The notes under the pieces: model-generated
Databases searched by the model: none
What the model was told of the DNA's origin: nothing
Seen by the model: only the letters and a program-made list of their open reading frames with translations
NCBI GenBank assembly: GCA_965287045.1
Contig: OZ336870.1
Coordinates: 113,398,001 to 113,462,000 of the forward strand
Length of the DNA: 64,000 nt
Reading direction: 5' to 3'
DNA from: Carcharhinus amblyrhynchos
Taxonomy: Eukaryota
Shown here: positions 37,700 to 51,268 of the stretch, one piece after another
Position numbering within the stretch: the stretch's first letter is position 1
Layout: every line of letters begins with the position of its first letter
Made by a program: the position numbers and the translations under genes

Positions 37700-37830
37700 G
37701 GCAAATTTTATTGAATGCTGGAATCCGAAATAAAAACAGAAAATGCTGGAAAATCTCAGCAGGTCTGACAGCAACTGTGGAGCAAGAATAGAGCCAATGT
37801 TTTGAGTCTGGATGACCCTACATCAGAAGT
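37700..37830 (-). repeat. Penelope-like repeat copy
   Basis: Minus strand CTGATGTAGGGTCATCCAGACTCAAAACATTGGCTC, then the family body. Confidence 0.72.
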
Positions 37831-38095
37831 GTTAATGTTAATAGTAAGTAGCCTGAAAAGAAGGACATAAATTTCCATCAAAGGACATCCAGACACATAC
37901 CTCATTGACTACAAAGTTCCTACCAGCAGCAACACAGAGGCTGAATGAAATCCAACAAACAGGAAAAGGAGATGAAGAATGTGCTAAAATCAGAAGAAGA
38001 ATGTAAAACAATACTTCAAGCAATGCAAATATGTGTTGCAGATGATTTAATAATTAACAAGAGTTTGGCCTCACAATGTGATCCTTCAGAAAATG

Positions 38096-38375
38096 GGGCG
38101 GCATGATGGCAAAGTGGTTAGTGCTGCTGCCCCACAGGAGACACAGTTCAATTCCATCCTTGGGTGACTGCATGGGTTTCATCCAGGTGCTCCGGTTTCC
38201 TCCCACACTCTAAAGATATGCAGGTTAGGTTGACTGGCCATGGTAATTACTCCTTAGTGTCAGGGCGATTGGCAGGGTAACTACGTGGGGTTACGGGGAT
38301 AGGGCCTGGATGGGATTGTTGTTGATGCAGGCTTGTTGGTCCAAATGGCGGCCTCCTGACTGTAGGGATTCGATG
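38096..38375 (+). mobile_element. HE1-like SINE (CR1-type tail) nested in Gypsy pol
   Basis: GGGGCGGCATGATGGCAAAGTGGTTAG... ending CTGTAGGGATTCGATGA. Confidence 0.9.
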
Positions 38376-38473
38376 AGGATTCCTGGGAATTGCAAAATGT
38401 TTTGCTTGAGTGAGAAATTCAGTCTGGTGGCCAAGAATCTCAAATTCACAAGAGAAAGTGATTTCAAGCTACA

Positions 38474-38829
38474 TGAGGTGATGGCCTAGTGGTGTTCTCA
38501 CTACCATTAATCCAGAAACTCAGCTAATGTTCTGGAGATCAGGGTTCAAATCCCACCATAGCAGATGGTAGAACTTGAATTCAATAGAAAAAAATCTGGA
38601 ATTAAAAATCTGTTGATTACCATGAAACCATTGTCAATCATCAGAAAAAGCCATCTCTAAGGTCCTTTAGGGAAGGAAGTTTGCTGTCCTTGCCCCATCT
38701 GGCCTATGTGATTCCAGAGCCACAGCAATGTGGTTGACTCTCAACTGCCCTCTAAGGGCAATTAGGGAAGCGCAATAAGTGCTGACCAATCAGCTACACC
38801 ATGTCCCAAGGATGAATTAAAAAAAAAAT
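38474..38829 (+). mobile_element. Second tRNA-derived SINE family, 3' tail shared with the LINE at 7170-7660
   Basis: A box TGGCCTAGTGG, B box GGTTCAAATCC; tail GGGCAATTAGG...GTCCCAAGGATGAATTAAAAAA. Confidence 0.85.
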
Positions 38830-41800
38830 AACCTGTGCAGTCTATCACCAAAAGAAGAAAGAACCACTGATGGTATCCTCACTCCCATGGGGGCTAGTCT
38901 AGAAATGGATCTTTGCAAGTGCAAGGGGACAACATAGCTAATAGTCGCTGACTATTTCTCTAGATGGTTAGAGATTAAATATCGTCTTGGTACAACCTCA
39001 GAAGTTGTCATCAATTCATTAAAGGAAATGTTTGCCAAGAATGGCATTCCAGTTCTTACTGTTTCAAACAATGGTCCACAAATTGCAAATGAATTGTTCA
39101 AGAAATTTACAACAGACCATGGATTTGTTTAGGTCAGTCAGATATCTGGCTGACCTAGCAAATGAAGTTACCAAAAGAGGCATAAGAATTGTTAAAGCTT
39201 TGTTGAAATAGAGTAAGGATATCATTCCAAACCACTTCAGATTGGGTTGCCTCTGTCAGAACATCTAATGGAAAGAAGGTTCCACCTCCTGTTCTTCCAT
39301 GTGTGCTTATACCATGTCTAAAACTAACTGATGTGAAGTGCTGTCACAACTCTGATCCACTTTAAAGCCGCCTATAGTGGGATTCATGTGTTTTCTTTAG
39401 GCTCACTAGATACTGACCACACCTCTGGAATATTGAGTCTATGAATGCTTCAAACAGAACGCTGTTCGACAACCTCAGAAAGGTAACTCTAAAGTGAGTA
39501 AGACCTCCAAAGAATATCAAGAGAAACTTCACTGTATGCTTACACTTTGTACCTGCCATCTGATCTACATTTGGCATTTCCCTGGTTCTGGAATCAAATG
39601 TTTGATGCAGTGATCATCTTTGCCTATTCTTATCCCCAATATCTTCAATCCCATACTTACATTTCCTTCTTAGAGATTAAGTGATAAAATATTATCTTGT
39701 TTTCACTCAAAGCATGTTTGACAAAATTGTGACCGTGGGATTTATTTTCTATCACTAGTGTCATTTTTGTTAATGTTCTTGTGTCCTCCGGCTCTGTGTC
39801 TCCAGAACTGGAAGTTAAATGGCCTGCTTACCTCTGTTATTATATATGCTTTTCAGCAAAGCTGCATAGAAAAATCAGTGGCATTTCTTGTGCTCTAATA
39901 ATAATCACATGGAATACCTCTTTGGTATTAGTATTAGCACCATGATACACGGGATTGTTACTATGTAATAACACACAATTTTAATGATTTACTTCATATG
40001 ATACTGAGGGAGTGACAAACAACAACAATGAAATGTGACAAATAACATCAATAGTTTATTTTTATATTATTCTGAAGTGTTCTATCTTCAATTCAGCATC
40101 ACTAACAATACCATCTGAAAGCAATGTTATATTTGGAATTGGGACAACATTGTAAAAATATACGTGTGCATAAATTGGGCATCGATCCCAAATAACATCC
40201 ATGCCATTTGTCCAGTTTTGATCATTTTCACTTAACGATGCTTGCTGCTGGAAGAAGTGTTTTAGGTATTGGCAGAATGTCCTTCATTCCTTCCAGTCTC
40301 TCCAGCATAATAACAGCAGAGGCAGTGCCAATGACTGACAGAAATATATTGAAATATTCATCTTATGCCACATAATTTTGGAACACTCTGTCAAATAAAA
40401 TAACTTTTTAGTGCCGTGGTGCTGCAAATCTTTATCACCACTGCCATTAGCTGCAAGGCACATAGTGAAAATAAAATGATGTCCTGATATGGATTGAAAT
40501 AAAAGCGTTAGGAAGAAATATCATTTAAACTGCTCTCATTACTTGTAGCAGAGCTAATTTCATTCACCCAGTGTAACACTGGCAGAGATTAGTCAAGCAT
40601 ACATGCTCATCATGATGACCACAAAGTACTTTAAGTGCAACATGCTTTGGTGAAATAAATGGTGTCATGGTAAAACACTTCGATCACAATTCCGTAGCCA
40701 GAACTGACTCATGGAGGAGAATTGATTAAATCTTTTGTTGTATAAAGGATGGGTTATAATTAACAAGAACATTTTTACTGCTTTTTGATGGAAATAAACA
40801 ATCTATTCTCAAGTTATGCTACATTGATTCCTTTGCTTATAAATATGTCAGTTATTTGTGACAATTTCTCCATGAGTGACTTCTGTTTTCACAGGTTTTC
40901 AATCTCGCTCTCCACTCCCACCTAACCTCATTAGTAGTCAAGAGCAGATATAACATCTGCCATGGACATACCTGCCTATACTTCCTTCAGATACCACCAG
41001 GACTACTGGAGGAGGTTGGCTGTTGTGCAGAAGGGGCAAGGGACCATGCTGATCATTGTTCCACGGCAACTGGCTCCTGGCGTGAAGCCACTACTGCCTG
41101 CATCTCTAAAGTGACCCTGCGCAGCCTGCAGTCTTGCTTCCCATGTTCCATGCTGTGGAGCTCTAAGAGGAAGGCTGGAAGCCTGTCATGTTTTACATTT
41201 CTGAGCAATGATAGTACCTAACAGTTGCAGCCCTTAGGTGGCTTGGTTCCCATCATGCTCCTCACCATTACCTTTCTTCTTCTGTGCCACCTCTTGCTGT
41301 CATGGCATCAAAGAAGGGAGGGAAGATATGAATGTGTGAGCATAACCCCTCCAGGGATTAAGGGGTCAGAGGTGCAGCTGGCTGGTTGTGGCTGCATAGC
41401 ACTTCATTACCATTGACATCTCATGAAGATATTCAGTCAGTAAGCTGGTGCTGGCAAGGTGTTGCTATCCTCAATGAAAAATAGAATTTTTCTCCAAGAG
41501 TGTCCTGGCCTTCAGCTTGAATAGAGTAAGTGGTTTAAAAGCAAGAAAGCCTCCTATGGTGGTTTACTTTTGTATTTTGCAGACAAGTAAATAACATTGG
41601 TTCTCAGTGAACGAACGTGTGGCAAGTGACATAGAAGAAGAGATGTAATTGATGTGACATTAATATGGGTATTAAAGTGGAGAAACTGGGCTTGTATAAG
41701 ACAATCACTAATTAAAATATTGATAAGTTACATGCTGAAGTATTTTGAGAGAAATAAGAGCTAAGGGGCTCCTGCCTCTCCTTCTTAATTCTCAGTGTTC

Positions 41801-42689
41801 TACTGAGTATCCACATGATACAGAGTTAGAGGTATCCTTAATCAGAAGACTTGGATGTGTGGCTTTTTTCAACTCTTTTACCTGATCAGCAAATGATTCT
41901 GGTCAATCAGTTTATTCGTAGAATTTTATTGTTCAGTTTCCCATTGCAGAACTTTTCTGAACTTCTCTCAAATTAGTTGACAGCTGGTGCCCAGGGAGGA
42001 TAAAGAAGAGATGTGCTGTGTGCCTCCATCCCTGATTTGCTGAGGTTGAAACCTCTTCAGACATTGGTCTGCAAACCTAACGATGAGGGAATTCCTGCCA
42101 GTATCAATGTCACTTCCCTTCAGATGACAGGGGAGATACTTCTGGGCGAATCTTGTAGCGCCAGGAGACAGTTCATCCTGTCTTAATGGCCTCCCTCACA
42201 ATCCTCCCAACCCACACCACCACTAACCTCCCTGCCCAAGAAGGCTCAGAGACCTGTGTTCATCTTTTCTGGCTGGGTGCCAAGTCTTGCTGCCCTCTGG
42301 GCACAGATGGCACGTGAGTATTCATAATTTATCCAAGAGTAATACAAAGTATTGACAAATTATGCAGCCAAATATTTTAAGGGAGATCAAAGAATCTGCC
42401 TTGCATTCTTAATCCTCAGAGTTCTGCTGAGTTGCACATGCTGAACAATGCATTTAAAAGACAATGCAGAAGTTTCCCATTGTTTACACTAGTTATATTA
42501 GCTTTACACTGATACTTGTGTCAATGGAATAAAAATATACATATAGGGTGCAGATTTAAAATAATTGGCAGAAGAAGCAAATGCGACATATGGAAAACTT
42601 TTTTCACACAGCGCGGTTAAGATCTGCAACGTGTTACTCTAGTGTGATGGATATTCAATCAAACCATTCAAAACTAAACCTTCCTCCAG

Positions 42690-43720
42690 TCTGAAAAATA
42701 GCCGTTTAGCACAACTCAGTTTCCTATCATTCAGCCAACTTTACATCCACGTTGCTATTTTTCATTTTATCCTATGGGCTCAATTTTGCTAGGAAGTTTA
42801 TTATAAGGCACTTTATCGTATGCCTTTTGGCAGTCAATATACACTACATCAAACACATTACCCTCAACAACCATCTCTGGTTCCTCACCAGGTCAATCAA
42901 ATTAGTAAAACCTGATTTTTCATGGACAAATCCATGTAGGCTTTCAATCATTAACCTGCAGTTGTCCTCATGATGGCTAGTTTTATTCCAGATTATTATG
43001 TCTGAAAGGTTTCATACCACCAATGTTCAATTGTTTGGCTAGCAAATGCTGGGTTTATGCTTACACCTATATCTAGGAGGGTTGTATGATTCACCCAGAA
43101 TTATCTTTCATGTCACCTGAAGGAAAGTGGCATTGGTACCGGCAGGAATTCCCTCATTGTCAGCTTTGCAGACCAATGCTTGAACGGGTTTCAACCTCAG
43201 CAGGATAGGGATGGAAGCACACAGCACACCTCTTCCTTGTCCTCACTGGGCACCAGCTGGAAACCAACTTAAGAGTACCTCCACAATTTCCGGCCTTGTT
43301 TTCCTCAGCAGCCTCAGATGCGTTACATCCAGTCCTGTTGACTTATCAACTTTATGTATAACCAGCTTTTCTATGACTTCCCATTTATCACATTTTAGCC
43401 ATCCAATGTCTCAACCACCTCCTCTCTCACTTGTCTTTGGTAGCATCTTCTTTCTTGGTAAGAGAGATGCAAAAAACTCATTTAGTATCTCAGTCATGCT
43501 CTCTGCCTCTGTGTGAATTCCCCTTTTAGTCCCTAATTGGCCCCATAGCTCCTTTTTCTACCTTTTATTATCTACAGTCTTTTAAAACATTTTTGAATTA
43601 CTTTTATGTTAGGTGTCAGTCTCTTCTCATACTCTTTCTTTATCTCTCTTATTTCCTTTTTCACTCTGTATTTTCTAAAACCAGTCTGGCTGTCACTCAT
43701 TTTATCAACCTGAGATCTAT
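42690..43720 (-). mobile_element. CR1 LINE fragment interrupted at 43078-43270
   Basis: Decayed RT segments; ORF track RVKKEIREIKKEYEKRL is CR1-like. A separate plus-strand CR1 3' piece lies at ~42540-42675. Confidence 0.65.
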
Positions 43721-44849
43721 CATTCATACTCAATAAATTTGGAGGGGGTTGTATACATAAAGGGCAATAAATGCTGGGCACATTCAGGGATGCCTACATC
43801 CCAAAAAAGGAACAGAAACATAGCATGTAGCGATAAAGACCTGTGGAGTTAACTCTAACACTACTTTACCAATAGCTACTGGGCATATGCACAAGGAGTT
43901 TTGTAATAATAGTAATAGAGCAGAGAGTCTGAGAGATGATCTGTGCTTTTGCCTTGTAATCCAGTACATAGTTGAGAATGTAAATGAAGGTTACTTTCAA
44001 GAAGGATTTTTACCTTCAGCAGGATCTTTGTTAAGAGTAAGAAACATCCCATCTCCCAAAATGACCCCATGACAACAGACAATACATCCAGTAGTGCAAC
44101 ACTGCTATTTTTTCTTAGTTTTTCTTAACAAGATTTTGTCCACCCTCTGCCAAGTTAGAGAGTGAATATGCAGGCTGCCTCTTAGTCCTGCGGTTGCTAT
44201 TTGCTGCCAGTGTGTGCAATTTTCTCCTGAAAGAAAGAAGGGATTTTGTTAATGACTATTGCACAAGTTGCTTTGAGAATGTGCCTCTCAGTATTGCATA
44301 ATGCTGATATAATGTGCAAGCTGTGAGATGCGGGAAATTAAGAGTTTTAACAGTGGTAAGAGCAGAAGGCGCAATGTGTATGAGAATGAGGAGAAGGAAA
44401 TAGACTGAAGAGTGGTACGGTAACCATAGAAGAGTGAATGGAGGGAATTCTATGTGTAATGAGGTGGTGTCAACATAATGAGAAAGTAATTGAGAATAAA
44501 ATTCTTAACTTTGACAACTCTGCTGAAGCCATTGAACTCTTTTCAGCTTTGTAACTATGTCCTCGGATTGACCTGCCTTGCAGTTGCCTCCCACTGTTGA
44601 CAGAGATGCTAAGCTTTCTTTAGCCATACCACACCCCAGTTAACCTCCCCACCCATAACCCACCCCCCACCAATGGAAACAAAATTCTGAGACACTGAGG
44701 TAGCATTGAAGAACCTGTTGTTCCAAACTGCAGGTCGAGCAGCCATTTCAATGTAAGTGTTCTATGCTGCCTGCAGCCAAAGTGCACCTTCTGTTTAAGA
44801 GATGTAGATTGCCTTTAAATAGTTTCAGACAATAATCAAAATCAAATCA

Positions 44850-45014
44850 ATAAACTGCGGATGTTGGAAATCTGAAATAAAATCAGGAAGTGGAAAAACT
44901 CATCAGGTCCAACAGCATAAGCAGTCGTATTCAGCTTGAAACATTAACTCTGTTTCCCTCTCCACAGATGCTGTGAGCCCTGTTGATTTTTTGAACACTT
45001 TGTTTTTATTTCAG
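44850..45014. repeat. Penelope-like repeat, two halves in inverted orientation
   Basis: TCTGAAATAAAA... / ...TTTTATTTCAGA inverted arms. Confidence 0.65.
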
Positions 45015-45249
45015 ACAGTAATCATTCTTGGTAGCAGCAACTGTATGTTTGATCTATCACGATGAGCTGTCAACACAGATTTCCTGAGGTTCCTGTACCA
45101 CGCACCCTGCCTAACATCACCATTTTCAGACAAGTTCAGATACTTGGGCCTACTTGTGTACAGAACACAAATGAATGTTGAAAATTGAGAAAGTGGGGAT
45201 GAGGGAAAGAGAAAGTGAGATTGGATTGACTGAGAATAATAGAAATATG

Positions 45250-46342
45250 GGGTGTGATTTTTTACCATTTTCATTCTAAGTGCTGAATCTGGGCGTAATT
45301 CAAATCCAACTTAGAAATCTGCTTTCCGGCGCCCCCATACACACCCAGCCTCAAAAAAAATTGCCAGTCCCATTCACGCTGTGGGTGGGGCTTAGCGCAC
45401 CCAAAATAAATCAGAGCTCTGAACTGCATATGTGCAGTTCGAAAATATTTTGTCAGATCGTTCCTGGGCCGCAGAAAGCGGAGAAAGCAGCTGGGAGCAA
45501 AAAGCAGGAGTGATGGCCCCCACAGACATTGCTGTCCGCCTTATCCACTCGCCCCTGCTAACCATAGACACCACTGTCCGCCCAATCAACCCCCCTGCTA
45601 CTCAGACCGATCGCCACTGCTGCCCCTGCCTTCCCCCCCCCACCCCCACTGATCGCAGGCCTGCCTGCCCCCCCACCAGAAATATATCTTACCCACCTCC
45701 CTTCTCCTCCTCCCCCACAAAACAATGATCTGGCCTCACTCTCCTGCTCCCTGAGGAACATTTGACCCGCCTCCTCCTCCCTCCCCACCAGACAACAGTC
45801 AGCCCTTCCCTCCCCCCCCCAGACAATGGTCCACCCTCCCCCACAAGAGATACATCTGACCTGCCTCCTCCTCCTCCCCTCCCAACCAGACAACGATCTG
45901 GCCTCACTCCCCTTCCACTCCTCCCCCACATTCCCCCAACCAGAAAATAGTGTGACCCACCTCCCTCCTCCCCACCCCACCACCGATCTGCATCAGAGAG
46001 CCGTTGGAAGCACTGAACTCGCCTCTTCGACAGCTAGAGCGCCCGATTCAGACTTTTATTCAGCAGGTCCATTACAGCACGGTTCCAGATTGGCACATGT
46101 GGTGGTAAAGGGGGAAATGCTGATAAAGTTGGGTGGGCGGTTCATTAATTCAATATAAATGCATGTAAATGCATTTAAATCACCATTGCGTCCATGTTAG
46201 GCGCAAAGCAGATCGCCGCCATTGCCGGGTTTCGGTGAAGTGGCAATCTGCACGGGCACGGATTGCGTTAATGGCCTCACACCCAACTTTACCACGTTTT
46301 CACGCCCGTAAACAGGCACAACACAATGGTAAAATTGGGCCC
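45250..46342 (+). mobile_element. Non-autonomous Harbinger-type element with both TIRs and a C-rich internal repeat
   Basis: Left end GGGTGTGATTTTTTACCATT, right end AATGGTAAAATTGGGCCC; first ~200 bp homologous to the reverse complement of 22790-23009; relatively CpG-rich, so probably younger. Confidence 0.8.
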
Positions 46343-46481
46343 ACAGAGTAAATTGTTGTCATTTAGGGTCATTTGTTCTCCTGTTAGATTTAATCCTTCT
46401 AGTTAAGATCTGTAAATGAACTTATCATAATGCTAAAGCACAGCTTGTTTTCTTTCAATTAATACTGTGATAGGAAGAATT

Positions 46482-46790
46482 TGTGGCAGTGTGGGTGGTG
46501 GCCCTGCCTCTGGACCAGAAGTTCTTGGTTCAAGTCCTACCCCAGAACTTGATGGCCAAGGATAGTCCCTCAATAACATGGCCAGCAGGTTGAGTATGAG
46601 TCTTTCAATACACCAATGATGGATGGTAAGTGAAGGAGAGTCTCTTGGTCAGCCATGCTTGATGTGGAGTTGTGCTCCCTCCAAGCTACAAGCTTCTGAC
46701 AACAGGCTAGTGACCTGTTCCACAATAAGCCTTACTCTGTTTTCAGGGAAAAAGATGAAATTCTGCCTTGTGCACCACTAGGTGCAGGAA
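46482..46790 (+). mobile_element. Third SINE family, another copy
   Basis: Shares CCCTGCCTCTG...GGTTCAAGTCC...CCATGCTTGATGT...GTGACCTGTTCCA with 8820-9140. Confidence 0.7.
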
Positions 46791-47289
46791 GAGAAACTAC
46801 AAACAATACTGCAATATAATAATTAGTCCTTCAAATAATGTTTTGTTTGTATCAGAATGTGCCAGTTGTCTTGTCAGAGTACCATAATGATAATAAATTA
46901 TGGAGGTTATGACTCTCGTGTTGAAAGTTTAGTTAAGAAATGTATTTATAATTTGTGGTGTGGTGTGCATTAAGACTGAGTAAAGTTTTGGGAATGCTAT
47001 TCAGCAATCAAGTAGCAAAATATATCATACCTCTTGAAGCAAAAGTTTGGAAGAGGAGAACTTCAGCATTTCAGACAATATACTGGGAAGGAATTTAATT
47101 TCTTTTCCTATGTTGTTGTTGGTAGAAAAAGCAAAAACAACAATTGTAGTTAATTCAGTTCACAACTTAAGATCACCATCTACTGGCATCCAAGCAGCCT
47201 GCATTGCCGCCAATTCTAATTATTTCCAATGACCACAATGTTATATATCGCAGATGTCACAGCCTTGGGGAAAAAGAGCTCATCTCAAC

Positions 47290-47930
47290 AAGACAAGCTT
47301 CAAGATTTTAGGTGTCCAGATCACCAACATCATGTCCTGGTCCCCTCATGCTGACACTATAGTTAAGAAAGCCCACCTTTGCCTCTACTTTCTCAGAAGG
47401 CTAAGGAAATTTGGCATCTCTGCCATGACGCACCAATTTTTACAGATGCACATAGAAAGCATTCTTTCTGGTTATATCACAGTTTGATATGCGTTCTGCT
47501 CTGCCCAAGAGCATAAGAAATTACAAAATGTCATGAACGAAGCCCAATGCATCACTAAAATCAAGCCTCCCATCCATTGACTCTGTCTACACTTCCCACT
47601 GCCTCAGAAAAGCAATCAGCATAATTAAGGACCCTATGCATGCTGGACATTCTCTCTTCCACCTTCTTCCGTCAGGAAAACGATACAAAAGTCTGAGGAC
47701 ACGTACCAAGTGACTCAAAACAGTTTTTTCCCTGCTGCCATCAGACTTTTGAATGGACCTAACTCATGTTAAGTTGATCTTTCTCTATACCCTAGCTATG
47801 AATGTAACATTACATTCTGTTCTCTCTCTCCTTTCCTTCTATACATGCGGTATGTTTTTTCTGTATAGTGCACAAGAAATAATACTTTTCATTCTATTCT
47901 AATACATGTGACAATAATAAATCAAATCAA
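47290..47930 (+). mobile_element. Rex1/Babar-clade LINE 3' fragment
   Basis: FKILGVQITNIMSWSPHADTIVKKAHLCLYFLRRLRKFG...IESILSGYITV matches the post-RT region typical of Rex1; ends CATGTGACAATAATAAATCAAATCAAA. Confidence 0.85.
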
Positions 47931-50900
47931 AGACCAACAGCATGATCGGCAGAATGAAAGACCACAACCAAGGCATGAATTCTGTCTATCTTCTTCCAAA
48001 ATCCATACAGCTGCTATCATTATTTGGCAAAGAGTAAAAATGGTGAACACCAATTAAATGAAATCTCATTTCCATGACAGTAATATATTAAATGGGTGTT
48101 ATAATGAGTATTTTTTCAATATAATGAAGTGTGAGTGGAATAACACCTTACACTAAATGGATGTAGCAGTTTTTTGTGTGTGTGCGCGCGTGCGTGCGTA
48201 TGTGGTGCCTTTGTGTATGTGCAAACTGTGAAATACTCGGCACTCTATTGTGATAATGGATAGTTGTGAAATCAGTCACACAGCAATAATCAAGTAATGG
48301 AAGACAGCAATAATCCAGTAATGGAAGCTCTCAGACTTCTGTCAACAAACAGTGAAATAGCAAGCAATAATTTTTTAAAACACTCCAGATTTTTTTTATC
48401 AATATTTAAAGGATAGGGCTTTTAAATGACTTGACAGTTTGAGAGCTCCCTTTGGCAGGTCTTTTAACAGTTCCACTGGACACTTTTGACAGTTGATTTT
48501 GACAGGTCCTCTTGACACTTCTGACAATTGATTTTGACAAGTCTGTTGATAGTTCCAATCAACTTGACAGTTAATGAGTTTGTGTTCTTTTTACACACAT
48601 TCATGCCCACTTTTAAAAATTCCAAAGGGCATCTTGCATCCTGCAAATGGATTCTAGGATCAGACCAAATGGGTACCTTATCTATCCATAAGGGTACCCT
48701 GGCTATCCAAATGAATCTACAAATTTAATCTGCACATTCTAATACACTTGAGTGCAGGCAGCTGATGATTTAAATCTTATCTCCCATAAAACAGATAAAC
48801 TTAAAATCATCCCACCCCTGTAAGAATGGAAATTGCCATGTTCAGGGATGGGACTAATGATTTTTGGCCACATCCACCATTTTTGCCATGATGAGAGCTG
48901 CTCCTTCATGGCGAAATTCTGGGCCTTTGTGATCCCAGCAAATTTCTGCAATGCATTATCTGTGCTTTCATGTCAAAAGGACGGGAAGTGTATGTGTCAA
49001 TCTAGCAATACCCCTAAAAACCTGCCATTATTACACTGGAAAATTACTGGGCCAACTGTCTACTGCAGGTTACGATTGTCAAGTGATTAACTGTTAGTAA
49101 AAGTATACAATCATTCTGGTACTCCTGCTGTAGACCTGAGGTGTGTTAATCAAAATCACCCATTGTTCTTCACAGTTCACTACTAATCATCAGCCCGTAA
49201 TGTGCACTGAATTAGCAGGCCTGTGCTGATGATGTAATTTTTTCCCAGTGGCACTTGGGAGCAGTGAGGATTGTAGACATCATTCACAGCCAAGAGTACA
49301 GATGTTTCTAATTGCTTTCCATTACCAAGAATAACAGCTGTTTATATCTATCAGCAAATAATTCACAAGAGCTCCAGACTGTTAGGATAACACATCCCAC
49401 CTGGTCATCATCATAAGTTGTCAGGACAGGAGAAGCTTCTGCACTCCCCCATTCCTCCATAAATACAGGCTTCTCATCACCTTCAACTCTCCAAATGCAG
49501 TTGCCCACGACTGGCATTTCTTTCGCTTGTGTATGAGTTTTTTTTTGCATACAGAGAACGGATGTAAATGAGGTTCAGAGGCCTTTTACTCTCTAAAGAT
49601 CGTTCATGCTATCTGATCTTCATTTCACCTTTTATATCATTTTATCGCCTTCCTCATCCAAACACAAAATTGTTTCTTGAAAAATAATTGCATATAGGGG
49701 AAAAGTATTTTCCACTATTTTCCAAACCAAAACCTTCAGTAGTCAATGCAATAGATTCTGATTTCTTGTGTTTTACTTCACCTGAAGAAGCCTAATGAAA
49801 TAAAGCATTATTCATAACTAGATGAAAATGTTAATTTTCATATAAATGATTTATACGTTAGGGTATAAATGTGGGTCAGCTGGAGTGTCAGTTTCTGTTA
49901 TGTTCTGATCTATTTGTGTTTGGCCGTGCAATACTGCTGGTGTTGTCAACTGTGTGCAGTCCGACTGTTCTTTTCTCAAACCAGATAAAATCATTTATTT
50001 GTCGTGCCAACAGCAGTCGGAAATGAAAAATAAAAACTAAGCAAGTAAAAGTGCAACAAAATCCTCGGAGTGGGAGTTCCTGTCCATAGTTCCTATGCTG
50101 CTTCAGGGGTCCACTAGTGGGATGGATACCTTTAATCAAAGACATAAAAAATTACACCAAACTCATTGCATATCCAGTATTGTATAATCCAAAGGACAGC
50201 TTGCCAGCCATTCCATAACTTCAACCTGTTCCTATGTGGTTGGGAATCATATTTTAGAGTAACCCAGATTTTTAAGCCGCATGAATTCTGTCTGTTTTAA
50301 CATATTTCTGCTTCTCTTGGGATAATGCAAATGCTCAGAATGTCTTTATCCCTTAAGGGTCAGCGCCTTTCTCTCCCCCACCCCATGTAAAGTGACCTAA
50401 ATATTTTACAGATCCTGAAATGAAAGCACCTTTATTTGCATCCCAATTACAAAGGCAGCAGCTTTCTTCCTGGATGACAAGGCTTGATGTGGAGCCCTGC
50501 CAACAAGAGCAGAATGTCATTATGAGAAGAGGCTGCTGTGGGCTGCCATAATCAGGACAAACATATCACCATAAATGATGATAATAGACTTCATGGCAGA
50601 TGACTCTGCATGAACAGAAATTGGCCAACCAAAGCAATATCTACAGCAAATGTGAATAGAAAGGAAGCAAAAGTGTCACTGTTTAAATTCAAAGCCCAAG
50701 AAAGCAATGAGCAACCTAACGCTTCATAATCTCTCAAGAAGCTCATTTCCAAGAAGCAAATGATCAGTACTTTGAGAAAGAAATTGTTGCATGAAGACTG
50801 AGTCACGTCAGAAACAATGCAGAAACAAAGGAAGCAGAGTGGTGAGACTTGGGACACTGTTTCTACCCACAGGTGGGCTGATCTGTTAACCCAAAAGCAA

Positions 50901-51134
50901 CAAGGTCATAAGTGAATAATAGTTATTGCCACAAGTGGGATACAAATTCTATGCCATACAGCTCTTCCTTGTTTATTCTGTTTACACCAAAGTAACTAAA
51001 ATTATTAGCAGACTAAATTCTTCTTTTTGATCTACCTGAATTAACCATAGCACCTGGCAAGACCACTGTTCACTAACATGGTTTACAGACAAGTGATAAC
51101 AGAAGGAGTAATCCTGGATATTTTATTTGAGATT

Positions 51135-51268
51135 GGGGTGGGATTTCCCAGCTGCACTTGTCCCAAAACCAGAAAAACCCCGCCCAAAGTCAACGGAGCT
51201 TTGCCTGGTCCGCCCCCAGCCTGCTACAATTCCTGTAGCTAGTGGGGCGGAACAGGAAAATTCCCCCC
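51135..51268. mobile_element. Short Harbinger-type MITE (representative of a ~120-190 bp family)
   Basis: TIRs GGGGTGGGATTTCCC / GGAAAATTCCCCCC. Related copies at ~3133-3254, 13670-13785, 24466-24609, 28418-28607, 53480-53604, 55541-55677 and 59622-59748. Confidence 0.75.

Larger units (their letters stand above)
37860..39330 (+). mobile_element. Ty3/Gypsy pol (integrase) remnant interrupted by two SINEs
   Basis: LPAATQRLNEIQQ...; LGIAKCFA*VRNSVWWPRIS; TCAVYHQKKKEPL; LIVADYFSRWLEI...VINSLKEMFAKNGIPVLTVSNNGPQ, i.e. the zinc-binding region and integrase core. Confidence 0.88.

Noticed and set aside
45432-46158. Pro-rich and Gly-rich ORFs
   Set aside because: Products of the C-rich internal repeat of a non-autonomous TIR element.
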